A stretch of 64,000 nucleotides of DNA from Rhizodiscina lignyota. Its lineage: Eukaryota. The position numbers and the translations under genes are program-made. This document shows positions 23,901-35,270 of this stretch, one piece after another. The notes under the pieces are model-generated. The model was not told where the DNA came from. It searched no databases and saw nothing but the letters and a program-made list of their open reading frames with translations. Position 1 is the stretch's first letter. Every line of letters starts with the position of its first letter. The stretch is taken from contig ML978128.1 of NCBI GenBank assembly GCA_010015805.1, positions 1,364,001 through 1,428,000 of the forward strand, in the 5' to 3' direction.

Positions 23901-26154
23901 CTACTCGCCAATGCCAATGCTATCGTGGACTTTCCACATGTGGTCATATACGGAACCACCGTCCACGAACATGGCCAGGCACAGGAAGCAGAAGTGCGTT
24001 TTGCACTTGGAACACTGCACGTGGTTGCACGTGCCCTCCTCCTTCTCAACGACCACACCGCAGCCCTTCATTGGGCATCGCTTCGCGTTGTGCTCACCCA
24101 TCCAATCCACGAACAGCCGCTTGCCTTCGTTCGTGAGAGTCTCATACTCGTCACAGGAAATGTGGGGATGGCCGCTTCCCTTGCACATGGTGCAGATGGA
24201 CACCAGGCAGCCAGAGCACTTGAAGTTGGACCCCGAGTTGACTTTGTGCAGTTGCTCGCAGCCTGGTGTCGGACAGAACATGTAATGGCTGCAGTACTTG
24301 CTGACGTAGGCCTCCATGGATCGTCGGACAAGCGTGTCAAAGTCGGGCTTCGAGAGCAGTTGGAAGAGCTCGTCGAAATTGAAGAGGTGAGTGCATTGGC
24401 CCTCGCCATCGCGGCCGTAGCACTTGATTGGTCGCAGGGCCTCAGGCAGAGTGCACAGCTTGACAAAGCAGGCACGACACCAGAAATGTCCGCACTTGCT
24501 GCGTATGGGATCGTCAGCGTCGCAAAGGCAGATGACGCACGGCTGCTCAGATTGCGGGTCGCTCGATGATGCATCCACTGCGGTGGGTGCCGCAAGGAAT
24601 TCGCGGGCCTTTTCGACGTCTTCCCGAGTTCCCTTGATGTGGACATATTTTTCGTCGCCGGTCAGTGCAAACGTTGCACGGCCTCGTCCGAAAGACTGTG
24701 TAATTCGCTGAAAGCCTCTCGCGTATCCGATTTCGACCATGTCTTCAGTCAATTTTATGCGATAAACTTTGCCGTGGTGGTATTTCTTGATCCAGTCAAC
24801 AAGTACCGCGCTCGCTGAGGCGACCCTGCTCGGAATGCCGAGAAGCCGAATGACCTTCTGTTCCGGAATCGTTTTCTTGAAGTCGCTGATTATGATCACA
24901 TCATTTTGCTTACTCAGTCTGTGGAGTTCCCGAATCCCTTCTTTTGTCTCGAAATGGTCGTGCCAGAGTGGTGCTTTACCATCTTTGAGGATTACACCGG
25001 CGAGTAGGTTCTCGATTGCCGCCCTGGCTTTGATGAGAGCTGCCATGTCGGCGCCCTCAATGAGGATACCACGATTCTTCATGTCGCTGGGAGACATGTT
25101 CACTAGATGGCAGCGATGATCTTTCTCTCCCAGTTGTAGTTCTCGCCTTAAACGTCCCCAGAGAACGCCGAGCATCTCGAGGAGACCGCCAACGGGGCCA
25201 GCTGGAAGTTTGAAACCGAACAGGATGATTTGGTGTCCTTCCTTCTTCTTGGATGTCGAGAGGGTTAAGGGTTCGGGAAAGGTAGCTCTTTCCGGCAACG
25301 CTCGTCGAAAACTTCGCCCTTCGTCTGGGTATCTCTCCTGAAGATAATCCAATATTTGGAGGAACGCATTTTCGACTTCCATAGGATGATTAGTAAGGAT
25401 TCTCAGCGGCTCACGAGCATTGCTGGAACGAAAGAACTTGAGAAGCATGCGGCCTTTCCAGTGAGAATAGTATACCCAAAGGTTCGGGATTTTGTCATGT
25501 CCGCAGTACCAGTCGCCGTGGAGCTCAAAGACGGTCACTTCCTCTGGAAAGTAGATCCTGTTGGCTTGCGCATGGATATCGAAGCACACAACTGCCCCGT
25601 TCATGTCGCGGACGGTTTGACGCTCCGACCTTTTGATCGAATTGGCTAGCTCCTGGTTATCATAACACATTGTTGTATTCAGTTCAAACGTCAAAGAGCG
25701 CACTTACGACTGATTCGTTTGTAGGGTGCTCCTCTTGTGCCGCGTGGCTCCAGCAACACGCGTCTCCCCTCCAGCAGATTCCTCTGGCGAAGTATCTGCA
25801 CGGCCGCTGAGCCTTCGGGATTTTGGCGCCTCGTGTTTGACGGCCTGAAGACTGTGCGGCGACAGTGCCCTGGTCCTGAGCGTTTGTGGAAGGCTCTTCA
25901 TGTGGAACATGGATGTAGGGACAATTGTCTCCATTTCTGCAGAATCCCCTCCTGAAGAATTTGCACGGTCGCTGATTTCTCGGATCTGGACGACGTTCTT
26001 CGCGTGGAACATGGACGAACCGACACGCGTCTCCATTCCGGCAGAATCCTCTGGAGAAGAAGATGCATACTGGTCGGGCATTCGGATTTGGCGGAGCTGG
26101 TGTTTGATCGCCTGCGGGAGGCGCAGCGGCAGCGCCTGGAGTGCGCGCTTCCAT
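23901..26154 (-). CDS. RBR (RING1-IBR-RING2) E3 ubiquitin ligase with three N-terminal CCCH zinc fingers (intron 25653..25707)
   Basis: Three C-x7-C-x5-C-x3-H fingers (CIFFSRGFCRNGDACRFVH and two more); RING1 CVIC…CGHFWCRAC; IBR CPTPGC…CSGC…CTMC…HPHISC; RING2 CPMKGC…EKEEGTCNHVQCSKC…FCFLC with the catalytic Cys retained. Confidence 0.92.
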
Positions 26155-26164
26155 ACTTGACGTG

Positions 26165-26212
26165 TTTGAAGGTTTGAAGGTTTGAAGGTTTGAAGGTTTG
26201 AAGGTTTGAAGG
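26165..26212. repeat. Perfect tandem repeat (TTTGAAGG)x6
   Basis: Six exact 8-bp units ending 10 bp upstream of the RBR gene ATG. Confidence 0.97.
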
Positions 26213-26849
26213 TGTGATAGTCGATATCTCTGATACTTATTTGTGCCAGATGCACACAACGAGTGCCAGGACAGCGAAGATGACAATGTCGTAGAGAAGA
26301 GCGAAGAGCATGTTTTGTTTTGAGCGCGGTGGCTGAAGTGGGGTGGTGACGTGGCGTCCTGGTCCGTGTAAGGCGGTGAAGCGCGGCAATAAACAGCGCA
26401 AAGCAACGGTTAGAGGCGGTGAATGAGGAGAGTTGTCAAGATGTTCAAGATGTTCACTTTGAATGCGAGTTGTAGAAGAGAGGAAGGAGGACCGAAGTCC
26501 TGAGAATGAGCTCTCTTTATATATCCCCAGAGCCACTTTTGGCTCCGCGGTTGAAGCCAGGAAATCGACTCCACGGTATGAGAGACATGGATAGGTTCCG
26601 TAGTCCAAGGGATGAAATGAGCTCCGTGGAGTGACACTTGATCTCTCCGCTATAGCCCGCCAATAAAACATCAAGTTGCTATTTCGGCTATGGTGCATAC
26701 AGAAGCACAGTTGCATATGCGGCTTGCCTGAGATACTTTGGTAGCTGGTTGTGCCAAGTAGCAGAACTGAGATGATGGAATAGAGAATGACAACGTTCCA
26801 CGCAATGGAAACTCTACTCTCTACCGATTAAGACTGTGGTGTTAAAACA

Positions 26850-27200
26850 TAGATCAAGATAAAAAGAAAAGCCATAAAAGGGAAGCCAAAAAATAATATT
26901 ATTATTTTGCTCCTTGCGGGAATTGAGCCCTTGCAGCAAAAGAAAATGGCAAAACTCTGCACCACCCCCGTCCTAATCTGATTAGGAGGGAGGAAGGTGC
27001 AGTTGAACCAGCATGAACTGGTTTATTTAATATTTAGTATTTAATTTTGGCCGATCTAGATCAAGTGTTAGTACTGTATGAAAGGAGCTAGGGCGCACCT
27101 TTATTTAATTGATGTCTCGCTGCCGCTATGCCAGAGCGGCAGGTCATTGACAGGGGAGCATATTCGAAAATTAAATATATAGTCAACAACATAACACCCG
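26850..27200. other. AT-rich, hairpin-dense island of unknown origin (NUMT, MITE relic or structured ncRNA)
   Basis: Four GC-rich inverted repeats separated by A/T tracts; 9-bp direct repeat TAGATCAAG at 26850 and 27057. Confidence 0.6.
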
Positions 27201-28145
27201 ACAAAAAGCGGCTTCTCAAACGCTATTTCTTCCTGTCGACTCGCTCTATGCTTTAGTAACCAATCTTCTGAAATAGATTCATAGTTCCAGCCTGCTAAAC
27301 GGAGATGTCAGTTAATTCCCCCATCAGCACTGTTAAAAGAAGCGAATGCAAGAGCTATAGCGTATCCAGGCCGCTGTACGAACTTAGCCATGGCTGCGTC
27401 TCCTTTTCTTATGGTATCGTCGTTCGCCAGCTCGCAGGTCGTAAGAGGTTCTCGTCCCATCTATGTCGAATTTCTTTCAGCGAGAGCGAGCAGTCATGAA
27501 GAAATACATTTCTCATCCCTTGAATATCTCTTTCCATCATTGTCACTGATGTAGCAAAGGAGCATTCCCCGCAGAGACATGTCCCCTTCGGCTCACATCA
27601 AAAGACGCGGAACTAGGGAGAAAATGGGGCAAATAGGGCAAGAAAAGGCGACAACGATACAGCATTAGAATCAAGTAAGGAGGCCAAAAGATAATTCCAT
27701 CTTATTATTTCTGATATCGAGGTTGAGCAATGGATTTTTGCGGTCGTTTGGTGGAGACGAGACGAGACGACGTTGGATTTGGAATTTCCCCCCTTTCTTA
27801 CATAATTCACTCGTCTCCCTCTAACCTCATTCTGCTCAGTTCGCATTCGTCCTCCTCCACTTTCTCCCCGGAAGATCCTCCGCACTGCTCTCCAGGTTAC
27901 TGGGCTGGATACATGTATCCCGAGATGCCATGAGAGATGCAAGTGCAGGCCCTGAGCTCGTGGCCTGACGCATGCACGAACGCAGCGCTATGGAATTTCC
28001 GAGCTGCACACTCTGGGCACGCATTTCATCCCGTTATCGAGGAGACCGAGCTGTGATTTGTATTAATGTGCGCTCCATGCGCTCAATTGCTAGACTGTAG
28101 GTATCTCTGTGTGCCATTGCTAACCCTCAGACCTCGCTCTGCACC

Positions 28146-28961
28146 ATGGCGAACCTCACAGCAATTTTCTCCATGCTCATAGCAGCAAACCACGTTCTGG
28201 ACTTCAACGGGGTCGCCGATGCCTTCGGCCATATATCAATTCGCAACCCTAACAACAACGCTACTTTCTTCCTGTCCAAAAACCAGGCTCCAGCACTCGT
28301 CTCCGCCGCGGTAGACATCATCGAATATCACGTTGCGAATGGGTCCTCCCTAGACCCCAATGCAGCTGCTGGCTACGCTGAGCGCTTTATTCACTCCGAG
28401 ACGCTGAAGCGTTTCCCGGACGTGAACTGCGTGATCCACGCGCACTCGCAAGCATTAGTTCCCTACAGCTTGGTCCACAATGTAGATCTGGAGCCGGCGT
28501 ACGCCGTAGCCGGATTCCTGGGCGAGACGGTGCCGAACTTTGATATCGAGAAGTACTACAACAACAGCCATCCGCACGACATGCTGGTGAACAATAACTT
28601 CCTAGGCGCGGCGCTGGCTTCATACTTCACGACGCCCGCGACGAATAATACGAAGAGCACGAGCCCGGATCATACCTTTGTGCTCATGCGTGGACATGGA
28701 TTTACGACGCTGGACGTTGACATCGAGACTGCCATCTACAGGGCTGTATATGCGCAGAGCAATGCGAATGTTCAGAGCCAGGCTATCGCGTTGACACAAT
28801 CGGGCGGCATATTTCACGGAGGAGTCAAGTATCTTAGCTCGCGAGAGAGGGTGGACTCTGGTACGTTCAACCAAGCATCGGCGGGGAAGCCATGGCCGTA
28901 TTGGGTGAAGCAGACGGAAGCGAATCCCTTGTACAAGAATGAGTTGGGGAGCCCTGTTTGA
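28146..28961 (+). CDS. Class II aldolase/adducin-family protein
   Basis: LIAANHVL…DAFGHISIRNP, ERFIHSE, CVIHAHS and LMRGHG (metal-binding His residues); intronless 271-aa ORF. Confidence 0.92.
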   Translation: MANLTAIFSMLIAANHVLDFNGVADAFGHISIRNPNNNATFFLSKNQAPALVSAAVDIIEYHVANGSSLDPNAAAGYAERFIHSETLKRFPDVNCVIHAHSQALVPYSLVHNVDLEPAYAVAGFLGETVPNFDIEKYYNNSHPHDMLVNNNFLGAALASYFTTPATNNTKSTSPDHTFVLMRGHGFTTLDVDIETAIYRAVYAQSNANVQSQAIALTQSGGIFHGGVKYLSSRERVDSGTFNQASAGKPWPYWVKQTEANPLYKNELGSPV

Positions 28962-29325
28962 TAGAGAAGTTGTAGTGACGTTGAGCATTCGAGTTGACTT
29001 GAAAACCAATATTACTGTGAACGTTAGAATACTGTAGACGCATAGTGTTCATATTGTCATGAATCGATCCTAAACAGTGTTGTACGTTCCGCATCGCTCA
29101 ATCAAAGCCCTATCCAGCTTCGACATAAGCGCTGCACGCTAATGCATCCGTGTCCCTATGGAAATTGGACCGCACTTTTACCAAAAGATCAGTCTTGCGA
29201 TAAAACCGGAAACACCTTCGTCCCTTGATGTAACGCCGAGTCAATGATACCCACCATCAGCCTTCCGCAGAAGATAACGCCCGAATATGCCACGCTCTGG
29301 TCGTCGAAACGTAAGAGGTCGTTCT

Positions 29326-30101
29326 TCACAGAACTATACAGCAGCCGAAGCCGCCTTCCTTCTTATCGCCTGTGATCAGGGCTGCTCTCGTCGCCGCCTC
29401 GAAGACATCGTCAACGCCCTCGCCCGTTAAACTACTGCACTCGAGGTATTTCCTCGCTCCAATGTCTTCCTTCATGCGGTTACCCTCGACCATGCTAGTG
29501 AACTTCAAGCTCTTCAGCCTCATGTCTTCAATGGCCATTGGATCTTCTCGCAGGTCCTTCTTCAAGCCCACTAAGATAATCGGCACGCCAGGGCACTGCT
29601 CCCGCGCCTCCTCGGCCCATTTGTGCTTGACGTTCTCGAGCGAGTCGGGTGTATCGATGCTGAAACCAATGAGTATGACGTGGGCGCGCGAATAGGCCAG
29701 AGGGCGTAGACGTTCATAGTCTTCTTGGCCGGCAGTATCCCACAAGGCTAGTTGCACCGACTTCCCGTCGACGCGGCAGTCGGTGACGTAATTCTCGAAG
29801 ACAGTTGGGACGTATCGCTGTGACAAGAAGTATTAGAAAAGAACAGAATGTATATGGAGGGAAAGACGTACTGTTGGGAAGTATCCGAGGGTGAAGACGC
29901 TGAGGAGAGATGTCTTCCCGCAAGCGCCATCACCGATAATGACAAGTTTCCTGTGATGATGGTTTAGTAAGGCGCGCAGAAGTATGGAGAGCAAAATGCT
30001 CAACAGTCAATTGCAAAGACTAGCCTCGCAATCGTAGGCATCTTGCATGTGAAGAGGGTTGAGGGTACGTACCTCCTCATCACCTCGCCGTTCTGCGCCA
30101 T
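29326..30101 (-). CDS. RHO2: Rho2 small GTPase (3 exons)
   Basis: MAQNGEVMRR|KLVIIGDGACGKTSLLSVFTLGYFPT|RYVPTVFENYV…LWDTAGQEDYERLRPLAYS…GCCIVL CAAX. VFTLGYFP and the CC prenylation tail are Rho2-type. Confidence 0.95.
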
Positions 30102-31190
30102 GATGAACGAGGAAGAGAGACAAGGACAGTTGAGTGCGGAGTCTCAGAAGCACGGAAGGGAGGTGGAAATTGCTGAAGACGAAGTGTGTGGCAATGGGTG
30201 GTCTGCTTGCTGAAAAATTCGCTCCGGTGAGTTCGTGTTCCGAGAATAGTTCACAGATGGATGTGGGGAGACTGCAGTAGGTTGAAGTGGCAGCAGCTGA
30301 ACGTCACGAATCCCGCTCCGGTCGCTCTTGGCCCAGAGCAGATTGCTGTCTCGGGTGCGAGTTATAGTCGCCGCGGTGGTGAAGGGGAAGAGTAACGTGA
30401 GAAAGGGTGACGCGAAGGGGAAAACGGCGTTGTATACGGTTGAATGCTACATACGCGCATCACCAACTGCTGTGGATTGCAAACCCGCGGCGTGGCTGTG
30501 CGGCGCTGTCCCAGAAATATTGGATTTCGGCCGCGCTCCCAAGCGAGGCACGGGGTGGGGTGAGCTTCCGGCGAGCTCGTCAGTGAGCTGGACAGATGAG
30601 GAAGCAGGAGCGGAAGGTGCAAGGAGGATGTTTGAGAGACAATTGCTTCGCAGCTCAGCCTGAGGAAGATGTACGTAAGGGCGAGTCCACTTGCACCCAC
30701 CGGAGGGTGAATGCGCCTAATGCGATGTTTTGTAAAGAAACGCCGTGTCGGGCTTGACGCGTCCGCAAGCCACCATGTAATGCCCCAATCCGGCTTAGCG
30801 CTGCCTCAAATTACCCTGCCCTGCGAATCATCAGAACACCCGCATGCCTCTCCGTCCATCAAGACACCCCTCAGCTGCAAGGCACGCCACGCACATCTGT
30901 AGCAGACCGACCACAGACTGTTCCGGCGGTCCGTCCCCTATCGGTGTTGCTACCTATCGCCATTTCAACAACCAAGCCGCCCGGCGTTCCTTCCCACCAA
31001 CCTTGGAAGCACATTCGACATCCCCTCGACAACTACCTTCCTCTGCCACACCCAGCACAACAACACCCACGACCCTGCAGACATCACCATCACACTGTCA
31101 GTGACACACGACGCAAGGCTGGGATAAGTGGTGGTGCTTAAACCTCTGCAGTACATGCGTGCCTCCTGCATCTGAAGCAGCACCTCGACA

Positions 31191-34100
31191 ATGAAGCAGA
31201 AGAACAAGCGCAGGCAAAATGCTCCCGCAAAGCCGACGGGTCCCACAACAACAACAACAACACCGCCAAAGCTACCCATGCACGCGCAACCAGAGTCGGC
31301 ACTCGCGCTGCCGGAGACGACGTCGGCCGATCAGGGCTATCCCGAAGGCGAGCCTTACGACCCTGCAAATGGCGACGACCCAGACTACTCTGACGACTAT
31401 GGCGACCAATATCACCCCGATGACGCAAATGGTGTCTATTCCGCGGATCATATCACAGCTAATGGCAGCCGCAAGAAGTCGAAGAAGAAACGCAAGAATA
31501 AAGGCCCGGGTGGAGAAGTACCCTACGACGATTTGGCCTCCTCGGGATATGTGCCTGGCCACGCACACGGCGGCCCACCTCCTCCACCCCCTCCGCCACC
31601 ATCTATGGCTCGACCAGTCGTGAAGTCGCGCGGCGAGAAGGACCGCATATGGAATACGTCTACACAGGAGGAGCGCGAGCGCATCAAGGAGTTTTGGCTG
31701 TCCCTCGGCGAAGAAGAGCGCAAGTCTTTGGTCAAAATCGAGAAGGAGGCCGTGCTTCGCAAGATGAAGGAGCAACAGAAGCACTCGTGCAGCTGCACCG
31801 TGTGTGGACGCAAGCGCACAGCGATAGAGGAGGAGTTGGAGGTCTTATACGATGCTTATTACGAGGAGCTTGAGCAGTATGCTTCACTTTTTTCCAGGCA
31901 CTCTCGGGCTAATGTTATTGGTTATAGACGCTCCAATGACATAACCTGGAGGCCCGGCCCTCTTAGATTTACGAGTAAGGAAAGCCAACAAGTGAACAGG
32001 ATAGATCCAAACCGCATTCTCCCCCCTGCAAGCGCCGGCCCGCGGCTTCGAGAGCTTGCAGACGACGAGGATCCAGACTTGGAAGATGATGAGCTGGATG
32101 AAGATGAATACAGCGACGACTACGCAGATGACGATGACTACAGCGAGGAAGACGCTTACGCGCCTCATCCTCCAGGTCCCGCTGCAGACCTCTTCAACTT
32201 TGGCCAACACTTGACTGTCAAGGGTAAAAAAGCCGCAGAATTCCTCATGTCTTTTCGAGCACTAGTAACCTCTACAGGTGGAATCCTGACTGTGGCCGAC
32301 GATTTGCTCAAGAACGACGGCAAGAAGTTCATTGAGATGATGGAGCAGTTGGCGGAGCGCCGAATGCAACGCGAGGAAGAGGCGCAATTCGCGGCTGCCG
32401 GCATGTCCCATCCTCATCAAGATTATGGTCACAATCATGGCGATCCCGACGACGAGTACGACGACGAGGATGACTATGACAGCCAGGACTATGACGATGA
32501 GGATGAGGACGAGGATGACATGGTATAATAGTTATCAGAAGTCCTTTTCATTCTTGCTAATTTTACTAACTGTAGCAGGACACGATGACCGAAGAGCAGC
32601 GAATGCAAGAGGGTCGGCGCATGTTTCAGATATTTGCGGCTCGAATGTTTGAACAGCGCGTACTACAAGCGTATCGAGAAAAGGTCGCTCGAGAGCGTCA
32701 AGAGAAACTGTTGGAGGAGTTGCAAGAAGAAGACAACAGCAAGCTGCAAAAGGAGGCCAAGAAGGCTCGAGACGCGCAGAAGAAGAAGGACAAGAAGAGG
32801 GCACAGCAACAAGCGAAAGCGGAGGAGAAAGCTCGTAAGGACGCTGAGGTTGCTGCAGAGGAAGCTGCCAGGAAGGCGGAGGAAGAGAAGAAGCAGGACG
32901 AGCAGCGACGGAAGAAGGAAGAGCAACGTCAGAAAAGAGAGGCTGAGAAGAAGGCCCAAGAAGAGGAGCGGCAAAAGAAGGAGGCCGAGCGGCTGAGGAG
33001 ACAGCAGCAAGAGCGCGAACGTCAACAAGAAGCTGAGCGCAAAGTTCGCGAGCAGAAAGCTGCAGAGAAGAAAGCACGCGAAGAAGCTAAGAAGAAAGAG
33101 CGCGAAGAGCGCGAGGCTAGGGAGAAGGAAGTTCGAGAGAAGAAAGCTTTGGAGGAGAAGGATCGTAAAGAACGAGAAGCAAAGGAGAAAGAAGAGCACG
33201 ACGCAAGGGAGCGGGCGCGCAAGGAAGAGGAAGCAGCCAGAGTACCAATACAACCTCCGCTCATGAAACGCCCTTCTGGACCTGCGGCTGTTCCTATACC
33301 TCCAGGCTTGCACAAGCAGCCGTCCTTTTCTCCGCAAGTAGCTGTCGCAACGCCTGCTATACCGAAAGCTCCCACTCCGAACAAGCCAAGACAAAACTCC
33401 CGCCAAGGTTCTCATGGTTCTTCACCAAAGACTCCGGCAGTCGGTCCTGGCAAATCAACCTCTCCGAACCACCCCGCCGGACCGGGAGGCTTGAAGCAGC
33501 CGGTGCAGATTCTGACTAAACCCCCAACGAGCCAGCCACAAGCACAGACGCAGCCACAGCAATCAACCTCGCCGATTGGGCAGGTGATGCCGCCTCCCGG
33601 TATGCCAAACGCTCCATTTGCTCAACCTCCAGGCTTCACCAACTTTCCACCTCAAGGCCAGATGATGCACAACATGGCCCAGCGTGCTCCGATCGGTCAG
33701 AATATGCCAATGTTCCCCCATCAGACGCCGCAAGTTCCCGGTCAATACAGAGGATTCCCTCCTCTGAACGGTGTTCCGCCAAGCATGAACGGCGCAAACA
33801 TGATGCCCATTGGCCGTGGCTTCTCACCCGAAGCGCCGCCGGGTTTCCAACCTCAGCAGCCCATCGGAACTCCTCAAGCTGGCAATCAGTTGCCTCCGTT
33901 CAGCGGTGCAAGTCGCGAGTCGCTGCCATCGCATTCACGGCAGCAGTCTGGTTCTGACAAGCCGTACGAGCCGCCTCCAATAGCCCCGCCAATCTCACGT
34001 CCCGCGCCAATTCAACGCCCGTCAAGTGTGAAGCCGCACGAAATAGGCGAAGACAACTCGAGCACGAACGCAGACGTAGAAGACCTCACCAAGCACCTTG

Positions 34101-34858
34101 GCAGCAAAGCACTTCTCGATGATGCCGAGGACGAGGATATTGAGCCCAACTCAGCAGAGACCCGCCGCTCTAGTAATCAAGCACCAGGCCTGCCGCGCGC
34201 AAGTACGTTTGCGTCGCCGTTTGCGCCACCGAGCCAGCTTCGCGCCGATCCGTTCTCCAGCACCTGGGGTACGCCTGGCCTCGGCGGCTTCGCACCTCCG
34301 GGCATGCCCACCGCAAACACCTGGAGCACTACATCTCCGCACCAAGGTTGGGCTGGCAGTCCATTTGCCGGTAGTGTTTTCGGCACCCCGGGCGTGCACG
34401 CTGGCCCGCAAAATCGCCGTCCTCAAGACGTAAGCCTAACCCGTCCACAATTTGTACGCAAGCTCGTGTGCGCCGCGTGCAGGCAACTGTCTGGACAGCA
34501 CCCGACCTCGGACGGCTGGTATGAGCTAGGCATTGTCGGCCGACAAGTTGACCAATTGCGCCCGTTGAGTGAGACTCCTGTACCGCTCCCCGAGCTTCTG
34601 GGGATCCTTGAGAGTAATAAGCCCGGCACAATGTTCAATGGTGGGGGCAAGATCGAGGTCAAGCACGAGGCGGCTGGCAATCGGACAATGATCAAGTTGG
34701 AAGAGGCTCCTGGAGCGATCGGCACACCCGGGGGACATGATGCACTGGGAGGGCTGGGCGTCAGTGGCATGGCAAGTCCGGCACTGAATACTGCACTCCC
34801 GTTCGGTGGACTGGGCGCGAGGAACTTCCTTGCTGGCGCCGGTCCCGGTGGCTTTTGA
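31191..34858 (+). CDS. NST1: Stress response protein NST1 (introns 31877..31927, 32224..32277 and 32523..32575/32578)
   Basis: [20 protein letters not shown]…[78 protein letters not shown]; long charged coiled coil followed by a P/Q-rich tail. Confidence 0.95.
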
Positions 34859-35270
34859 GGACTTTCAAGGAAAGATGCGAGTGCGGAATTGCGACTCACG
34901 ACTTCTTGCTCGAGCCTCCCGTGTACCAGTCCAGTACACGAGAGGGGCTTTTCTCTGCATTCTCGAGGTTTTTGATATGAGTTCTGGTGTAGTGCATTGA
35001 AGACAACCCGCGTTCTGTGGTTGTCTGGCTTTTCTTGAGGCATAATGTCGTGGACTGAGACGATTCGGTCTAGGCATTCAATTGATACAATTACACTTCA
35101 CTTCTCGATCCTCTGATAATACATGCGTGACCGCGAGTGATTTTGCCTTGATATACTTAAAGTCCGATGCAGAATCGTGCGACGAGGCTTCCGTCCATTT
35201 CGCATCCCTTTGAAAGAACCAAATTATACGATGCCTTATAGACAGACGACACTACCATCCCACAGAACAT

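Noticed and set aside
26905..26930. Minus-strand GGGCTCAATTCCC-GCAAGGAGCA resembles a tRNA T-arm and acceptor 3' end, with a complementary GCTCCTT about 160 nt upstream
   Set aside because: There is no TTC in the loop, the T-stem is imperfect, no D or anticodon arms are present at the right spacing, and the segment pairs better locally.
27197..27216. ACAAAAAGCGGCTT resembles the 3' strand of RNase P/MRP helix P4
   Set aside because: No GGAAAGTC-type 5' partner with the bulged U was found upstream.
15128..29000. Hydrolase, oxidase, methyltransferase, oxygenase and aldolase near each other as a possible biosynthetic cluster
   Set aside because: There is no backbone synthase, transporter or cluster regulator. 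The products point to different compartments (peroxisome, mitochondrion), and OMS1 is housekeeping.
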